DNA of 64,000 nucleotides from an uncultured delta proteobacterium. GTDB taxonomy: Bacteria > Desulfobacterota > Binatia > JACPRU01. Below the pieces are notes generated by a model that was not told the origin of the DNA, did no database searches, and saw nothing but the letters and a program-made list of their open reading frames with translations. Below, in pieces: positions 32,362 through 41,720 of the stretch (position 1 is its first letter; each line of letters begins with the position of its first letter). The stretch lies in contig CAVUWD010000010.1 in assembly GCA_963745025.1 (NCBI GenBank), positions 1 through 64,000 on the forward strand. Direction: 5' to 3'. The translations under genes were made by a program, and so were the position numbers.

Positions 32362-33075
32362 GTGACGTCCAGTGTGAAATCTGTCGAAGCCGAAGGCGAG
32401 ACGATCGACGAAGCGATCGCGAATGCGCTCGCGACGCTGGGCGTCCCGCGCGAGCGTGTGCAGGTAGAGATCCTGAACGACGCGCGACGCGGGCTGCTCG
32501 GCTTTGGCGGCCAGAAGGCGCGGGTGCGCGTGTCGCCGCGCGAGGGCGCCCCTGCGGCATCCGCCGAGCCGACGGGTCGCGTCACGGTAGCAGTCGCCGA
32601 AGAGGCCGAGCGCGTTCTTCGCGAGCTTCTCGCGCTCATGGACATTCCGGGCCACGTCGAGGCCGCTCCGGTAGAAGAAGCCGGATACGTCATGCTGCGC
32701 ATCACGAGCGAAGCCGGAGGCCTGCTGATCGGCCGGCACGGGCAGACGCTCGACGCGCTCGAATATCTGATCAATCGAACCGTCGGCCGGCAGGACGAAC
32801 AGGGCGGCCGCATCCTGGTCGATGCCGAAGGTTACCGGGAGCGGCGAAGCCAGGAGCTTCGCGAGACGGCGAGCCGGCTCGCCGCTCGGGTGCACCAGAC
32901 GGCGCGCGCACAGAGCATGAATCCACTGAGTCCACGCGAGCGGCGAATCGTGCATATGGCATTGAGCGGCGATTCGACGGTGGTCACTCGAAGCGTCGGC
33001 GAAGGCCAACTGCGTCGCGTGGTGATCTATCCAGCGCGCGAGGCCCGCGGCCGGCAAGCGCCGAGTCGCGGCTAA
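32362..33075 (+). CDS. jag: Jag/EloR (KhpB) RNA-binding protein
   Basis: Jag_N (EGETIDEAI...GLLGFG), KH (LIGRHGQTLDALEYL), R3H (ERRIVHMAL). Confidence 0.92.
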   Translation: MTSSVKSVEAEGETIDEAIANALATLGVPRERVQVEILNDARRGLLGFGGQKARVRVSPREGAPAASAEPTGRVTVAVAEEAERVLRELLALMDIPGHVEAAPVEEAGYVMLRITSEAGGLLIGRHGQTLDALEYLINRTVGRQDEQGGRILVDAEGYRERRSQELRETASRLAARVHQTARAQSMNPLSPRERRIVHMALSGDSTVVTRSVGEGQLRRVVIYPAREARGRQAPSRG

Positions 33076-33077
33076 CT

Positions 33078-33227
33078 TTGAAGCGAAGACAATTTCGCTC
33101 GAGAAGCGTGCCGAGCCCGCACCCGACTGGGACACGTCGCGTGCGCCAGATGAGCCGCGGGGCCGTCTTTGCGGGCGCGGGAGGCGACTAGGAAGAAGCT
33201 CGTGGCGGCCAAGTCGGGCGCGGGCTC
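33078..33227. mobile_element. Family A inverted-repeat element copy 2 (right end lost)
   Basis: TTGAAGCGAAGACAATTTCG...GTGCCGAGCCCGCACCCGA...CTAGGAAGAAGCTCGTGGCGG...AGTCGGGCGCGGGCTC aligns with the 4297 copy. Confidence 0.7.
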
Positions 33228-33235
33228 TAGGCCCG

Positions 33236-33460
33236 TCGATACGAAATTCGCCCGGGTCCTGTCGTCGGCGCAGCCCGCGCCGTGCTCGCTGGACGCCCCT
33301 CCTAGCCGCTCCGGGTCCTTCCGGTCACTCCTGTTGTCGGTGGCGACTCATCTCCCATCGGGGGGCATGCCGCTGAAGTAGCCCCAGGACTTCGCCCCGC
33401 ATTCGCTGCGCGCGGCGCGTGCGCCCAACGCCGACGCCACCCGGGCGAATTTCGCTTCGA
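33236..33460. mobile_element. Second MITE-like element (family B, related ends)
   Basis: TCGATACGAAATTCGCCCGGGT ... ACCCGGGCGAATTTCGCTTCGA: 22-bp terminal IR with 2 mismatches, extended inward by CGTCGGCG/CGCCGACG. Confidence 0.6.
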
Positions 33461-33513
33461 GGCGAACCGGCGCGGATTTACCCCCAGCCGAAGAATCGCT
33501 AACGTCCGCGTCA

Positions 33514-34884
33514 GTGTATTCGCGCGACACCATCGCTGCGATGTCGACGGCGAACGGCGCCGCCGCCGTCGCCATCGTGCGTGTCAGCGGGGCAGACGCC
33601 GTCGCCGTCGCTGCGCGCGTCTTCCGTGGTCCGCGTCCGGATCGATGGACATCGCACCGCCTCTATGCGGGACGCTTCGTCGACGCCGGAGAGCAAGTGC
33701 TCGATCACGGCTTGGGCGTCATCATGCGTGCGCCGCGGAGCTACACGGGAGAAGATGTCGTCGAGCTCCACGGCCACGGCGGCGTACTGCTCGCGCGGCG
33801 CCTGCTCGGTGCGGTGATCGCGGCTGGTGCTCGCCCCGCCGCGCCCGGAGAATTCACGCTGCGGGCGTTCCTCAACGGCAAGCTGGATCTCGCCCAGGCG
33901 GAATCCGTGGCCGAACTGATCGCGGCGCGCACGGACTCGGCTCTGCGAGTCGCTGTGCACCAGCTCGGGGGCTCGCTGTCGAGGGCGATTGAGGAATTGC
34001 GGGAACGAATCATCGGCATCGCAGCTCATCTCGAGGTGGCGATCGATTTTTCGGAAGAGGACGTCGGGGACCTCGATCGCGCCAAGTTCGCAGATGACGC
34101 GACTGGCGTGACCATGGCGCTACGCGAGCTGGCGGCGACCTATCGGCGCGGGCGCATCCTTCGCGAAGGGCTGCGGGTCGCGATCGTCGGCAAGCCGAAC
34201 GTCGGCAAGTCGAGCTTGCTCAATCGTTTGTTGGAGATCGAGCGAGCCATCGTCACACCGGTCCCGGGGACCACCCGAGACGTCATCGAGGAGATGCTGG
34301 AGATCGACGGGCTGGCGATTGTGCTCGCCGACACGGCCGGCATCCGCACGAGCCGCGAAGAGGTCGAGCAGCTCGGCATCGAGCGGACTCGCCAACAGAT
34401 CGCCGCTGCAGACTTGGCGATCATCGTGCTCGACAACAGCCGGGCATGGGGGCCGGAAGACGCCGAGGTTCTTGATGCGACGCGTCATAATCGATCTATC
34501 TTATTGATAAATAAGGTAGATCTACAATCTCACCTTGTGCTTCCCGAAGAATTGCGAGACGCCAACCCTATAGTCCATGTGTCCGCATTGACCGGCGTCG
34601 GTATGGATTCACTGCGTTCGGAACTGCTTCGTGCAGCTGACCTTCCCGCGCGGGGCGAACCAACGCCGACCATCACGATTACGCGGGAACGCCATCGACT
34701 GGCACTCGAGGCGGCTGCGAAGAGCGTCGAGCACGCGGTTGCTTCGCTGCTCGCTGGGAACCCGCCAGACGTGGTAGCGGTTGATGTTATGTCCGGGCTC
34801 GACCATCTCGAAGAGATCGTCGGCCGTACGTCGCCGGAAGCCGTGCTCGATCGTATCTTCGGCGAGTTCTGCATTGGCAAATAG
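33514..34884 (+). CDS. mnmE: tRNA modification GTPase MnmE
   Basis: DTIAA, SYTGEDVVELHGHGG, GEFTLRAFLNGKLDL, GKPNVGKSS, DTAG, NKVD, FCIGK. Confidence 0.97.
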   Translation: MYSRDTIAAMSTANGAAAVAIVRVSGADAVAVAARVFRGPRPDRWTSHRLYAGRFVDAGEQVLDHGLGVIMRAPRSYTGEDVVELHGHGGVLLARRLLGAVIAAGARPAAPGEFTLRAFLNGKLDLAQAESVAELIAARTDSALRVAVHQLGGSLSRAIEELRERIIGIAAHLEVAIDFSEEDVGDLDRAKFADDATGVTMALRELAATYRRGRILREGLRVAIVGKPNVGKSSLLNRLLEIERAIVTPVPGTTRDVIEEMLEIDGLAIVLADTAGIRTSREEVEQLGIERTRQQIAAADLAIIVLDNSRAWGPEDAEVLDATRHNRSILLINKVDLQSHLVLPEELRDANPIVHVSALTGVGMDSLRSELLRAADLPARGEPTPTITITRERHRLALEAAAKSVEHAVASLLAGNPPDVVAVDVMSGLDHLEEIVGRTSPEAVLDRIFGEFCIGK

Positions 34885-34889
34885 TGAAT

Positions 34890-34905
34890 TGTTCCACGTG
34901 GAACA
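34890..34905. promoter_or_regulatory. parS site
   Basis: Perfect palindrome TGTTCCACGTGGAACA. Confidence 0.92.
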
Positions 34906-34918
34906 CCGAGGATCAGGG

Positions 34919-36808
34919 ATGACAAGCAGATTTGACGTGATCGTAGTGGGTGCGGGACATGCCGGAATCGAAGCTGCGTTCGCCGCCGCACGGATGGGCC
35001 GACGAACGCTGATGCTCACCCTCAATCTCGATCACATCGGCCAGATGTCGTGCAATCCGGCGATTGGCGGTATCGGCAAAGGGCATCTCGTGAGGGAAAT
35101 CGACGCGCTCGGCGGAGAGATGGCTCGAGCGATCGATGAGACCGGAATCCAATTTCGGCGCCTTAATACCAAGAAGGGGCCGGCGGTACGCGCGACGCGT
35201 GCGCAGGCCGACAAAGCACTGTACCGAATGCGGATGAAATTGGCCCTCGAACGCGAGCCGAGGATCGCCTGCCGTCAGGGAAGCGTGGAACGATTGCTTG
35301 TCGAAGCGGGAGCGGTACGCGGTGTCGAGACCCAGATCGGTGAGATCTTCGAAGCCAAGACCGTCATTCTCACGACCGGCACCTTTCTGAAGGGCCTCAT
35401 CCACGTGGGAGATAAGAACTATCCTGCAGGACGAGCCGGGGACTTCGCGGCGATGAATTTGTCGAACCAGTTGCGGTCGCTCGGCCTTCGCGTCGGACGC
35501 CTCAAGACCGGCACTTGTCCGCGGCTCGATCGGCGAACGATCGACTTCAGCCGGCTCGAAGAGCAGACGGCCGACGAGCCGCCCCCGGCGTTCTCGTTCT
35601 CGACACGGAAGATCCGCCAGCGACAAGTGTCATGCCATCTCACTTATACGAATCCCGAGACCCACGTCCTGATCCGATCAGGACTCGACCGCTCGCCGCT
35701 CTACAACGGAACCATCCAAAGCCGCGGTCCGCGCTACTGCCCCTCGATCGAGGACAAAGTAGTTCGCTTCCGCGACAAGGAGAGGCACCAGATCTTCTTA
35801 GAGCCCGAGGGCTACGACACCGTCGAGATCTACCCAAACGGTCTCTCGACGAGCCTACCCGTCGACATCCAGATACGCATGGTGCGCTCGATCGCCGGCC
35901 TCGAGGAAGCGGAAATCATGCGACCTGGTTATGCCATCGAATACGACTACTGCGATCCGACACAGCTCGGTCCTTCCCTCGAGAGCAAACTGATGAATGG
36001 GCTCTTTCTGGCCGGTCAGATCAACGGCACGACCGGCTACGAAGAAGCCGCGGCACAGGGAATCATGGCCGGGATCAACGCAGCGCGGCGCTGCGAGGGG
36101 GAGCCGCCGATAGTTCTCGGGCGAGAGCAAGCCTATATCGGCGTACTCATCGACGACCTGGTGACGAAAGGAGTCGGCGGCGAACCCTACCGGATGTTCA
36201 CGTCCCGCGCGGAGCATCGGCTGCTTCTCCGCGAAGACAACGCCGATCTCCGCCTCGGTGAAATCGGCCGTGAAATAGGGCTTCTCGAAGCCGCAGCGCA
36301 CGAGCGGCTCACCCACAAGCAGAGATGGATCGATCGAGAGCTCGCCCGCCTCGAAGGCACGCTCCTAGCGCCGAACGCGAAGGTTCAGGCGCTCCTAGCC
36401 GAGCTCGGTACGACGCCGCTACGCGGCACGTGGAGCCTCGCTGTGCTGCTTCGCCGACCGGAGCTGGGCTACAGGGACATCGTCGCTTTGGAAGAAGCAG
36501 CGGGGGCGATGCAACCCGTCGACCAGTCGGCTGGGGACGATGCCCGCGCGCAAGTCGAGATCGAGATCAAGTACGGGGGCTACGTCGAGCGGCAGCGCGA
36601 GCTCGTCGAGCGCTCCCACCGGATGGAAGCGGTCGGTCTTCCCGCCGACCTGGATTACTCGAGGGTCTCGGGCCTTTCTCACGAGGTGCGCGAGAAGCTC
36701 TCCGTGATCCGTCCGCGCTCGCTCGGGCAGGCATCCCGAATCTCGGGCATCACGCCGGCGGCGCTTTCATTGCTCGCCGTCCACTTGCGTAAGACCGGGC
36801 TTGCCTAA
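34919..36808 (+). CDS. mnmG: tRNA uridine-5-carboxymethylaminomethyl modification enzyme MnmG (GidA)
   Basis: GAGHAGIEA, MSCNPAIGG, RLKTGT, GPRYCPSIEDK, GQINGTTGYEEAAAQG. Confidence 0.97.
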   Translation: MTSRFDVIVVGAGHAGIEAAFAAARMGRRTLMLTLNLDHIGQMSCNPAIGGIGKGHLVREIDALGGEMARAIDETGIQFRRLNTKKGPAVRATRAQADKALYRMRMKLALEREPRIACRQGSVERLLVEAGAVRGVETQIGEIFEAKTVILTTGTFLKGLIHVGDKNYPAGRAGDFAAMNLSNQLRSLGLRVGRLKTGTCPRLDRRTIDFSRLEEQTADEPPPAFSFSTRKIRQRQVSCHLTYTNPETHVLIRSGLDRSPLYNGTIQSRGPRYCPSIEDKVVRFRDKERHQIFLEPEGYDTVEIYPNGLSTSLPVDIQIRMVRSIAGLEEAEIMRPGYAIEYDYCDPTQLGPSLESKLMNGLFLAGQINGTTGYEEAAAQGIMAGINAARRCEGEPPIVLGREQAYIGVLIDDLVTKGVGGEPYRMFTSRAEHRLLLREDNADLRLGEIGREIGLLEAAAHERLTHKQRWIDRELARLEGTLLAPNAKVQALLAELGTTPLRGTWSLAVLLRRPELGYRDIVALEEAAGAMQPVDQSAGDDARAQVEIEIKYGGYVERQRELVERSHRMEAVGLPADLDYSRVSGLSHEVREKLSVIRPRSLGQASRISGITPAALSLLAVHLRKTGLA

Positions 36809-36814
36809 GTGCGG

Positions 36815-36920
36815 GTGGGGACGTTCCTGACCTTCGTAACCTTCGTCGCACCTTTCTGCTTAGGGGATTTCCGAGCGCGAGGAACGCGATGAAGGTTACG
36901 AAGGTCAGGAACGTCCCCAC
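36815..36920. repeat. Long palindrome with 35-bp arms (REP/MITE-like)
   Basis: GTGGGGACGTTCCTGACCTTCGTAACCTTCGTCGC (36815-36849) vs GCGATGAAGGTTACGAAGGTCAGGAACGTCCCCAC (36886-36920); 34/35 complementary. Confidence 0.9.
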
Positions 36921-37527
36921 GGAGCGCCTGCCGCAGCAAGCCAAGGAGCTATTCGGCATCGAGCCGAATAACTCAGAGTGCGAGCGGTTCGACCGCTTTC
37001 TCGATCTCCTCGGTATCTGGTCGAAACGCACGAACCTGATCTCCGCGCGCTCGCGCGGCGAGATCGTCGAGCGCCACGTACTCGATTCGATTGCTCCGCT
37101 GCGTTTCGTTCGCCAAGCCGCGGTCGTCGCTGATTTTGGGAGCGGCGCGGGATTTCCTGCAATACCCCTCGCGATCCTGGCGCCTGCCACGCGATTCCAT
37201 CTCGTAGAGTCAAGGCACAAGCGCGCGACATTTCTCCGCCATGTCGCGCGGGCTCTCGGTCTGACGAACGTTCGGGTGCGCGAGGAGCGTGGAGAAGAGT
37301 GGACTCCGGGTGAGGCGATCGAGGTGACGATCGGTCGGGCGATCCGGGCCGATCTCTTAGCGGCGCTGTCATTGCGGGTCCTGACCTCGAACGGGCGCCT
37401 CATCGTGATGCGGAAGCACACTGATGGCGAGCTCCGAATGACCGGCTTTGTCGAGTTCGAAAGGGCGCCCTATAGCCTGCCTGGTGGCGAACAACATGAG
37501 ATCGTCATCTTGCGCCGCGCCGATTGA
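36889..37527 (+). CDS. rsmG: 16S rRNA m7G527 methyltransferase (GidB)
   Basis: WSKRTNLIS, RHVLDS, DFGSGAGFPAIPLAI, LVES..KR..FL. Confidence 0.92.
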   Translation: MKVTKVRNVPTERLPQQAKELFGIEPNNSECERFDRFLDLLGIWSKRTNLISARSRGEIVERHVLDSIAPLRFVRQAAVVADFGSGAGFPAIPLAILAPATRFHLVESRHKRATFLRHVARALGLTNVRVREERGEEWTPGEAIEVTIGRAIRADLLAALSLRVLTSNGRLIVMRKHTDGELRMTGFVEFERAPYSLPGGEQHEIVILRRAD

Positions 37528-37531
37528 CGAT

Positions 37532-37547
37532 TGTTTCACGTGAAACT
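37532..37547. promoter_or_regulatory. parS site
   Basis: TGTTTCACGTGAAACT, 15/16 match to consensus, just upstream of parA. Confidence 0.88.
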
Positions 37548-37601
37548 TCCGGTCCCCCTGGCGTTGTGATAACCCATCGGCTGTTCCGAGGAGAGGCACC
37601 T

Positions 37602-38360
37602 TTGGCGAGGATCATCGCGATCACCAACCAAAAGGGGGGTGTGGGTAAGACCACGACGGCGGTCAACCTCGCTGCATCGCTGGGCAGCCTAGGAAAGAAC
37701 GTCTTGCTCGTGGATCTCGATCCCCAGAGCAATTCGACTAGTGGTGTGGGCGTAGTTCCGAGTGAGGTCACGCACTCGACGTACACGGTGCTCGCCGGCA
37801 GTTCTTCTCCCGGCGAGGCCGTTCTCGGAACCAAGGCTTCCGGCCTCTACGTATTGCCCGCCAACCGCGATTTGACTGGGGCAGAGATCGAACTAGTTTC
37901 CTTGGAAAATCGGGAGCTTGTGCTAAAGGAACGGATTGGCGAGATTATTTCCAAACATGATTTTATTATCGTTGACTGCCCTCCTTCGCTCGGTCTTCTC
38001 ACGGTAAATGCGCTGGCTGCCTGCGAGGGAGTCATCATACCGCTCCAATGCGAGTATTATGCGATGGAAGGTGTGAGCGCGCTGATCGAAACGCTAGATA
38101 TGGTTCGCGTCTCCCTGAATGCAGGCCTCGCTTTGGACGGCGTGCTGCTCACCATGTTCGATACGCGCAACTCGATCTGCCACCAGGTCGCCGAGCAGGC
38201 CCGGCAGTACTTCGGCGAGAAGGTCTTCCGTACGGTGATCCCCCGCAACGTGCGCCTCAGCGAGAGTCCGAGCTTCGGTGTTCCGATCCTCCTCTACGAT
38301 CCGGGCTCGCGCGGAGCCCAGAGCTATCTCGAGCTGGCTCGCGAGATGCTCGCCCGGTAG
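37602..38360 (+). CDS. parA: Chromosome partitioning ATPase ParA/Soj
   Basis: NQKGGVGKTTT, DLDPQSN, DCPPSLG, QCEYYAMEG, RNVRLSESPS; TTG start after GGAGAGG. Confidence 0.96.
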   Translation: MARIIAITNQKGGVGKTTTAVNLAASLGSLGKNVLLVDLDPQSNSTSGVGVVPSEVTHSTYTVLAGSSSPGEAVLGTKASGLYVLPANRDLTGAEIELVSLENRELVLKERIGEIISKHDFIIVDCPPSLGLLTVNALAACEGVIIPLQCEYYAMEGVSALIETLDMVRVSLNAGLALDGVLLTMFDTRNSICHQVAEQARQYFGEKVFRTVIPRNVRLSESPSFGVPILLYDPGSRGAQSYLELAREMLAR

Positions 38361-38441
38361 CATGCTTGATCGGAGGCGGGGCCGCGACCAACGGGAGCGA
38401 ACCGTGACGCAGATTCGCTCGCCACGCTCCTCCGGGAGGCG

Positions 38442-39287
38442 ATGATGGATGCTCCGAAGCGTAAGGGTCTCGGCAGGGGCTTCGGCGCCCTGATTCCGCA
38501 GGCGCCGCCGCCCAAGGCCGTCGAGCGGACCCTGCCGCTCGACGAGATCACGCCCAATCCGTGGCAACCGCGGGTTCACTTCGACGAAGCCAAGATTCAC
38601 GAGATGGCCGAGTCCATCGGCGAGCACGGGATCATCGAGCCGCTCGTCGTTCGGCCGCACGAGGGCGGCTACGAGCTCATCGCCGGCGAACGTCGGCTGC
38701 GCGCCGCGCGCCTCGCCGGCCTCGAGTCCGTGCCGGTCGCGGTTCGCGAGATGAGCGATCGCGACGTCCTGGAGGTGACGCTGATCGAGAACCTCCAGCG
38801 CGAGGATCTCTCCGCGTTGGAAGAGGCCGCCGCGTACGTTCGGCTGATGGAGGAATTCGGTGCGACTCAGGACGAAGTTGCGCGACGAGTCGGGAAGAGC
38901 CGTCCAGCCGTCGCCAATACGATCCGTTTACTCCAGCTTCCCGAAGCCGTGCGTGACGAGATGCGAGCAGGACGGCTCTCGGCGGGGCATGCACGCGCAT
39001 TGCTCGCACTCGATTCGGCGGTCGAGCAGACGGCGCTCGCGCGCGATGCGATCCGGCTCGGCCTCTCCGTGCGTCAGCTCGAGGGGCGGATCCGACTGCG
39101 CCTGCAGCCCCCCGCTCGCAAACCGGCGAGCCGTGATCTGCATGTTGCGGATGTCGAAAAGCAGCTGATGCGCAGCCTCGGTACACGCGTTCGATTGCAA
39201 AGCCACGGCGGGCGTGGGCGGATCGTCATCGAGTTCTACTCGCCGGCCGAACTCCAGCGCCTCGTCGAGCGATTGCGGCATCCGTAG
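38442..39287 (+). CDS. parB: Chromosome partitioning protein ParB
   Basis: KGLGRG, PNPWQPR, IAGERRLRA, IENLQREDL, HTH, GHARALL. Confidence 0.96.
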   Translation: MMDAPKRKGLGRGFGALIPQAPPPKAVERTLPLDEITPNPWQPRVHFDEAKIHEMAESIGEHGIIEPLVVRPHEGGYELIAGERRLRAARLAGLESVPVAVREMSDRDVLEVTLIENLQREDLSALEEAAAYVRLMEEFGATQDEVARRVGKSRPAVANTIRLLQLPEAVRDEMRAGRLSAGHARALLALDSAVEQTALARDAIRLGLSVRQLEGRIRLRLQPPARKPASRDLHVADVEKQLMRSLGTRVRLQSHGGRGRIVIEFYSPAELQRLVERLRHP

Positions 39288-39367
39288 AGGCGGCACTACT
39301 CCTGGACAAGGTGGGGGTGTGGTGGTAATGGCACCGCTTCGCGAGAAGGCCGTTGAAGGAGGCACCG

Positions 39368-40002
39368 ATGGGCTTGTTCGGCCGCGACGAGAAGGACCCG
39401 AAGGAACCGGCGAAGGATCCGTTGAAGGACTACCGGCCGACGGAGGTTCGACCCCAGCCGTTCGAGCCGAAGACGTCGCCCGCAGCGCTGCAGGTTCACT
39501 CGCAGCCGCGCCCCAGCCCGTGACTGGCTCGGCAAAGGAGCACACGGTGGTCGAGAAGGAGAAGACGGAAGGCGGGGAGTTCGGTGAGATCCACGCGTAC
39601 CTGGGCAAGGGCAGCCGTGTGAGCGGGGAGCTCAACTTCGACGGCACCGTTCGCGTCGACGGTCAGGTGGAGGGCGAGATTTCTGCCCAGGACACGCTGA
39701 TAGTCGGCGAGCGGGCAGTCGTGACGGCGCAGATTAGCGGCAACACGGTGGTCATCCGCGGCAAGGTGACCGGCGACATCAATGCACGCAAGCGCGTCGA
39801 GATCCGCGCCCCCGGAAAGCTCTTCGGCAACATCGTCACGCCGAGTCTAGTGATTCACGAGGGAGTGATCTTCGAGGGACACTGCTCGATGGGAAGCGGC
39901 CTCGAGTCCCGCACTGCCGAATCCAAGATCACCCCCGTCGCCAAGGAAGAGAAGGGAGGCAATGGTGTCCTCACTCGCCTGTCGAGCGAAGGGACCAAGT
40001 AG
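39368..40002 (+). CDS. Bactofilin (polymer-forming cytoskeletal protein); long form frameshifted near 39480-39520, core from GTG 39547
   Basis: AYLGKGSRVSGELNFDGTVRVDGQVEGEI...GNIVTPSLVIHEGVIFEGHCSM; SD-led ATG 39368 (MGLFGR) is in another frame. Confidence 0.85.
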
Positions 40003-40126
40003 CTCCAGCCTCTCGCGTATTTCCACAGAGCCGTCTGGCTTCTGAGCCTGCTGATTTTCCTCGACGCCCGGCTCGGGCGAGGGGCGCGCCGCGATTAATC
40101 GGTCGCGCGAAGAACGACAAGGTCCC

Positions 40127-40552
40127 ATGGAGTTCAGCCTAGAGACGATCGTCTACCAAGCCGCCCTGTTCGTCGCGCTCTATTTCGTTCTGAAGAAACT
40201 CGTCTTCGAGCGCTTCTTAGCGAACCTGGACGCGCGCCAAGACCGTACGCGCGGCGCCCTGGAGGAAGCGACGAGGCTCCGCGAGGAAGCCGCTCGACTG
40301 CAGGCCGACTACGCGAGCCAAATGGGCGAGATCCGTCGGCGAGCCGCCGCGGAGCGGGAAGAGAGCCGCAGGCAGGCGGAAGAGGAGGAGCGCAAGTTTG
40401 TGGAATCGGCCCGCCAAGAGGCGGCGCGCGCGCTCATGGCGGCGCGCGTCAAGATTGCCGCGGAGGCCGAGGCGACCCGTGCCGCGCTCGCCGGCGAGAT
40501 CGCCCCGCTTTCCGAGGAAATCCTCGCAAGCCTCCTCGGGCGACGGTCATGA
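40127..40552 (+). CDS. ATP synthase F0 subunit b'
   Basis: Single N-terminal TM, then a coiled coil ending ILASLLGRRS; position before atpF. Confidence 0.85.
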   Translation: MEFSLETIVYQAALFVALYFVLKKLVFERFLANLDARQDRTRGALEEATRLREEAARLQADYASQMGEIRRRAAAEREESRRQAEEEERKFVESARQEAARALMAARVKIAAEAEATRAALAGEIAPLSEEILASLLGRRS

Positions 40553-41142
40553 AGCGAAGACTCATCCACCGCCTCTCCTCGCTCTCGACCGCAACGATTC
40601 TGCTTGCAGGCGACCTTGCCCTCGCCGCCGAAGCACACGGCGGGCCCGAGGGACCGTCGTTGACGACTAGCCTGTTTCTACCCCTCTTCAACTTCGCGGC
40701 ATTCGTTTTTCTACTCTACTGGTTCGCTTGGCCCGTGCTCCTCAGCGCACTTACCGAGCGGCGCCGCTCGATCGAGAACGAGATCTCCGAGGCCGACCGC
40801 GCGCAGCGTGAGGCGGCGAGGATGCACGCCGAGGTCGAGGCTCGGCGGGCGCACCTCGCGGAGGAAGGAGAACGTCTCATGCGCGAGCTGCGCGGGGAGG
40901 CGGAAGCAGATCGGCGACGGCTCCTCGAAGCCGCTCGCCAAAGCGCCGAACGCATTCGAGCCGACGCACGCTTGCTCGCGGAACAGGAGAGCGCTCGCGC
41001 CGGACGGCAGATCCGGGAGCAGGTCGCCGAGCAAGTCATCGCACGCGTCACGGCTGCCCTCCGCGAGCGGCTGACGAGGGAAGACGAGGAGCGCTTCGTC
41101 AGAGCGTTCGTCTCGGGCGTCGAGACGGGGGATTTCCAGTGA
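40549..41142 (+). CDS. atpF: ATP synthase F0 subunit b
   Basis: FNFAAFVFLLYWFAWPV...L.ERR..I coiled coil. Confidence 0.88.
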   Translation: MKRRLIHRLSSLSTATILLAGDLALAAEAHGGPEGPSLTTSLFLPLFNFAAFVFLLYWFAWPVLLSALTERRRSIENEISEADRAQREAARMHAEVEARRAHLAEEGERLMRELRGEAEADRRRLLEAARQSAERIRADARLLAEQESARAGRQIREQVAEQVIARVTAALRERLTREDEERFVRAFVSGVETGDFQ

Positions 41143-41669
41143 GCGCGGTCGCCAAGCGATACGCGAAGGCGCTCCTGGCACTCGGAGCGGAATCGGGCGA
41201 AGGCGAATCCGTCGGTCGCGAGCTCGACCGCGTGGCGCAGGTGTTCGCGACGGGTCCGCTCCAGGCGTTCGCCGGCGACACGACGCTCCACCGTAACACG
41301 CGAAGGGCGGTCGTCGCCCGCGTCTCGGAAGCGCTCGGTGTCTCGCGGCTGCTCCGCAACTTTCTCGGCCTGCTCGCCGAGAACAACCGCCTGCGGGATC
41401 TGTCCGCGATCCGCTCGCAATACCAGCGGCTGGAAGACCGCTCGCTCGGGCGGGTGCGCGCGCGTGTACTCTCGGCTCAGCCGCTTTCCGAGGAGAGCCG
41501 TTCCCGGATCCACGAGATTTTCGAGCGCCAGGTGGGCAAACGCGTCATCGCCGAGACCGCCATCGCACCGGAGCTCCTCGGCGGCGCGGTCGTGGCGCTC
41601 GAAGGCCGGGTGTTCGACGGTAGTCTGCGAACGCGGCTCGAGCATCTGAGACGATCGCTTTCGGGGTAG
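41139..41669 (+). CDS. atpH: ATP synthase F1 delta
   Basis: VAKRYAKAL, NFLGLLAENNRL, LLGG, DGSLRTRL. Confidence 0.93.
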   Translation: MSAVAKRYAKALLALGAESGEGESVGRELDRVAQVFATGPLQAFAGDTTLHRNTRRAVVARVSEALGVSRLLRNFLGLLAENNRLRDLSAIRSQYQRLEDRSLGRVRARVLSAQPLSEESRSRIHEIFERQVGKRVIAETAIAPELLGGAVVALEGRVFDGSLRTRLEHLRRSLSG

Positions 41670-41720
41670 GAACGGCGGCCGGTTCAAGAACCGTCGAAAC
41701 CAGACGAGGCAGGGTCAGTG

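Noticed and set aside
31339-33135. Long antisense ORFs (here, 43931-45694, 49087-50730, 51067-52689, 62692-63954)
   Set aside because: Shadow ORFs expected from high-GC codon bias opposite clear genes; no recognisable motifs
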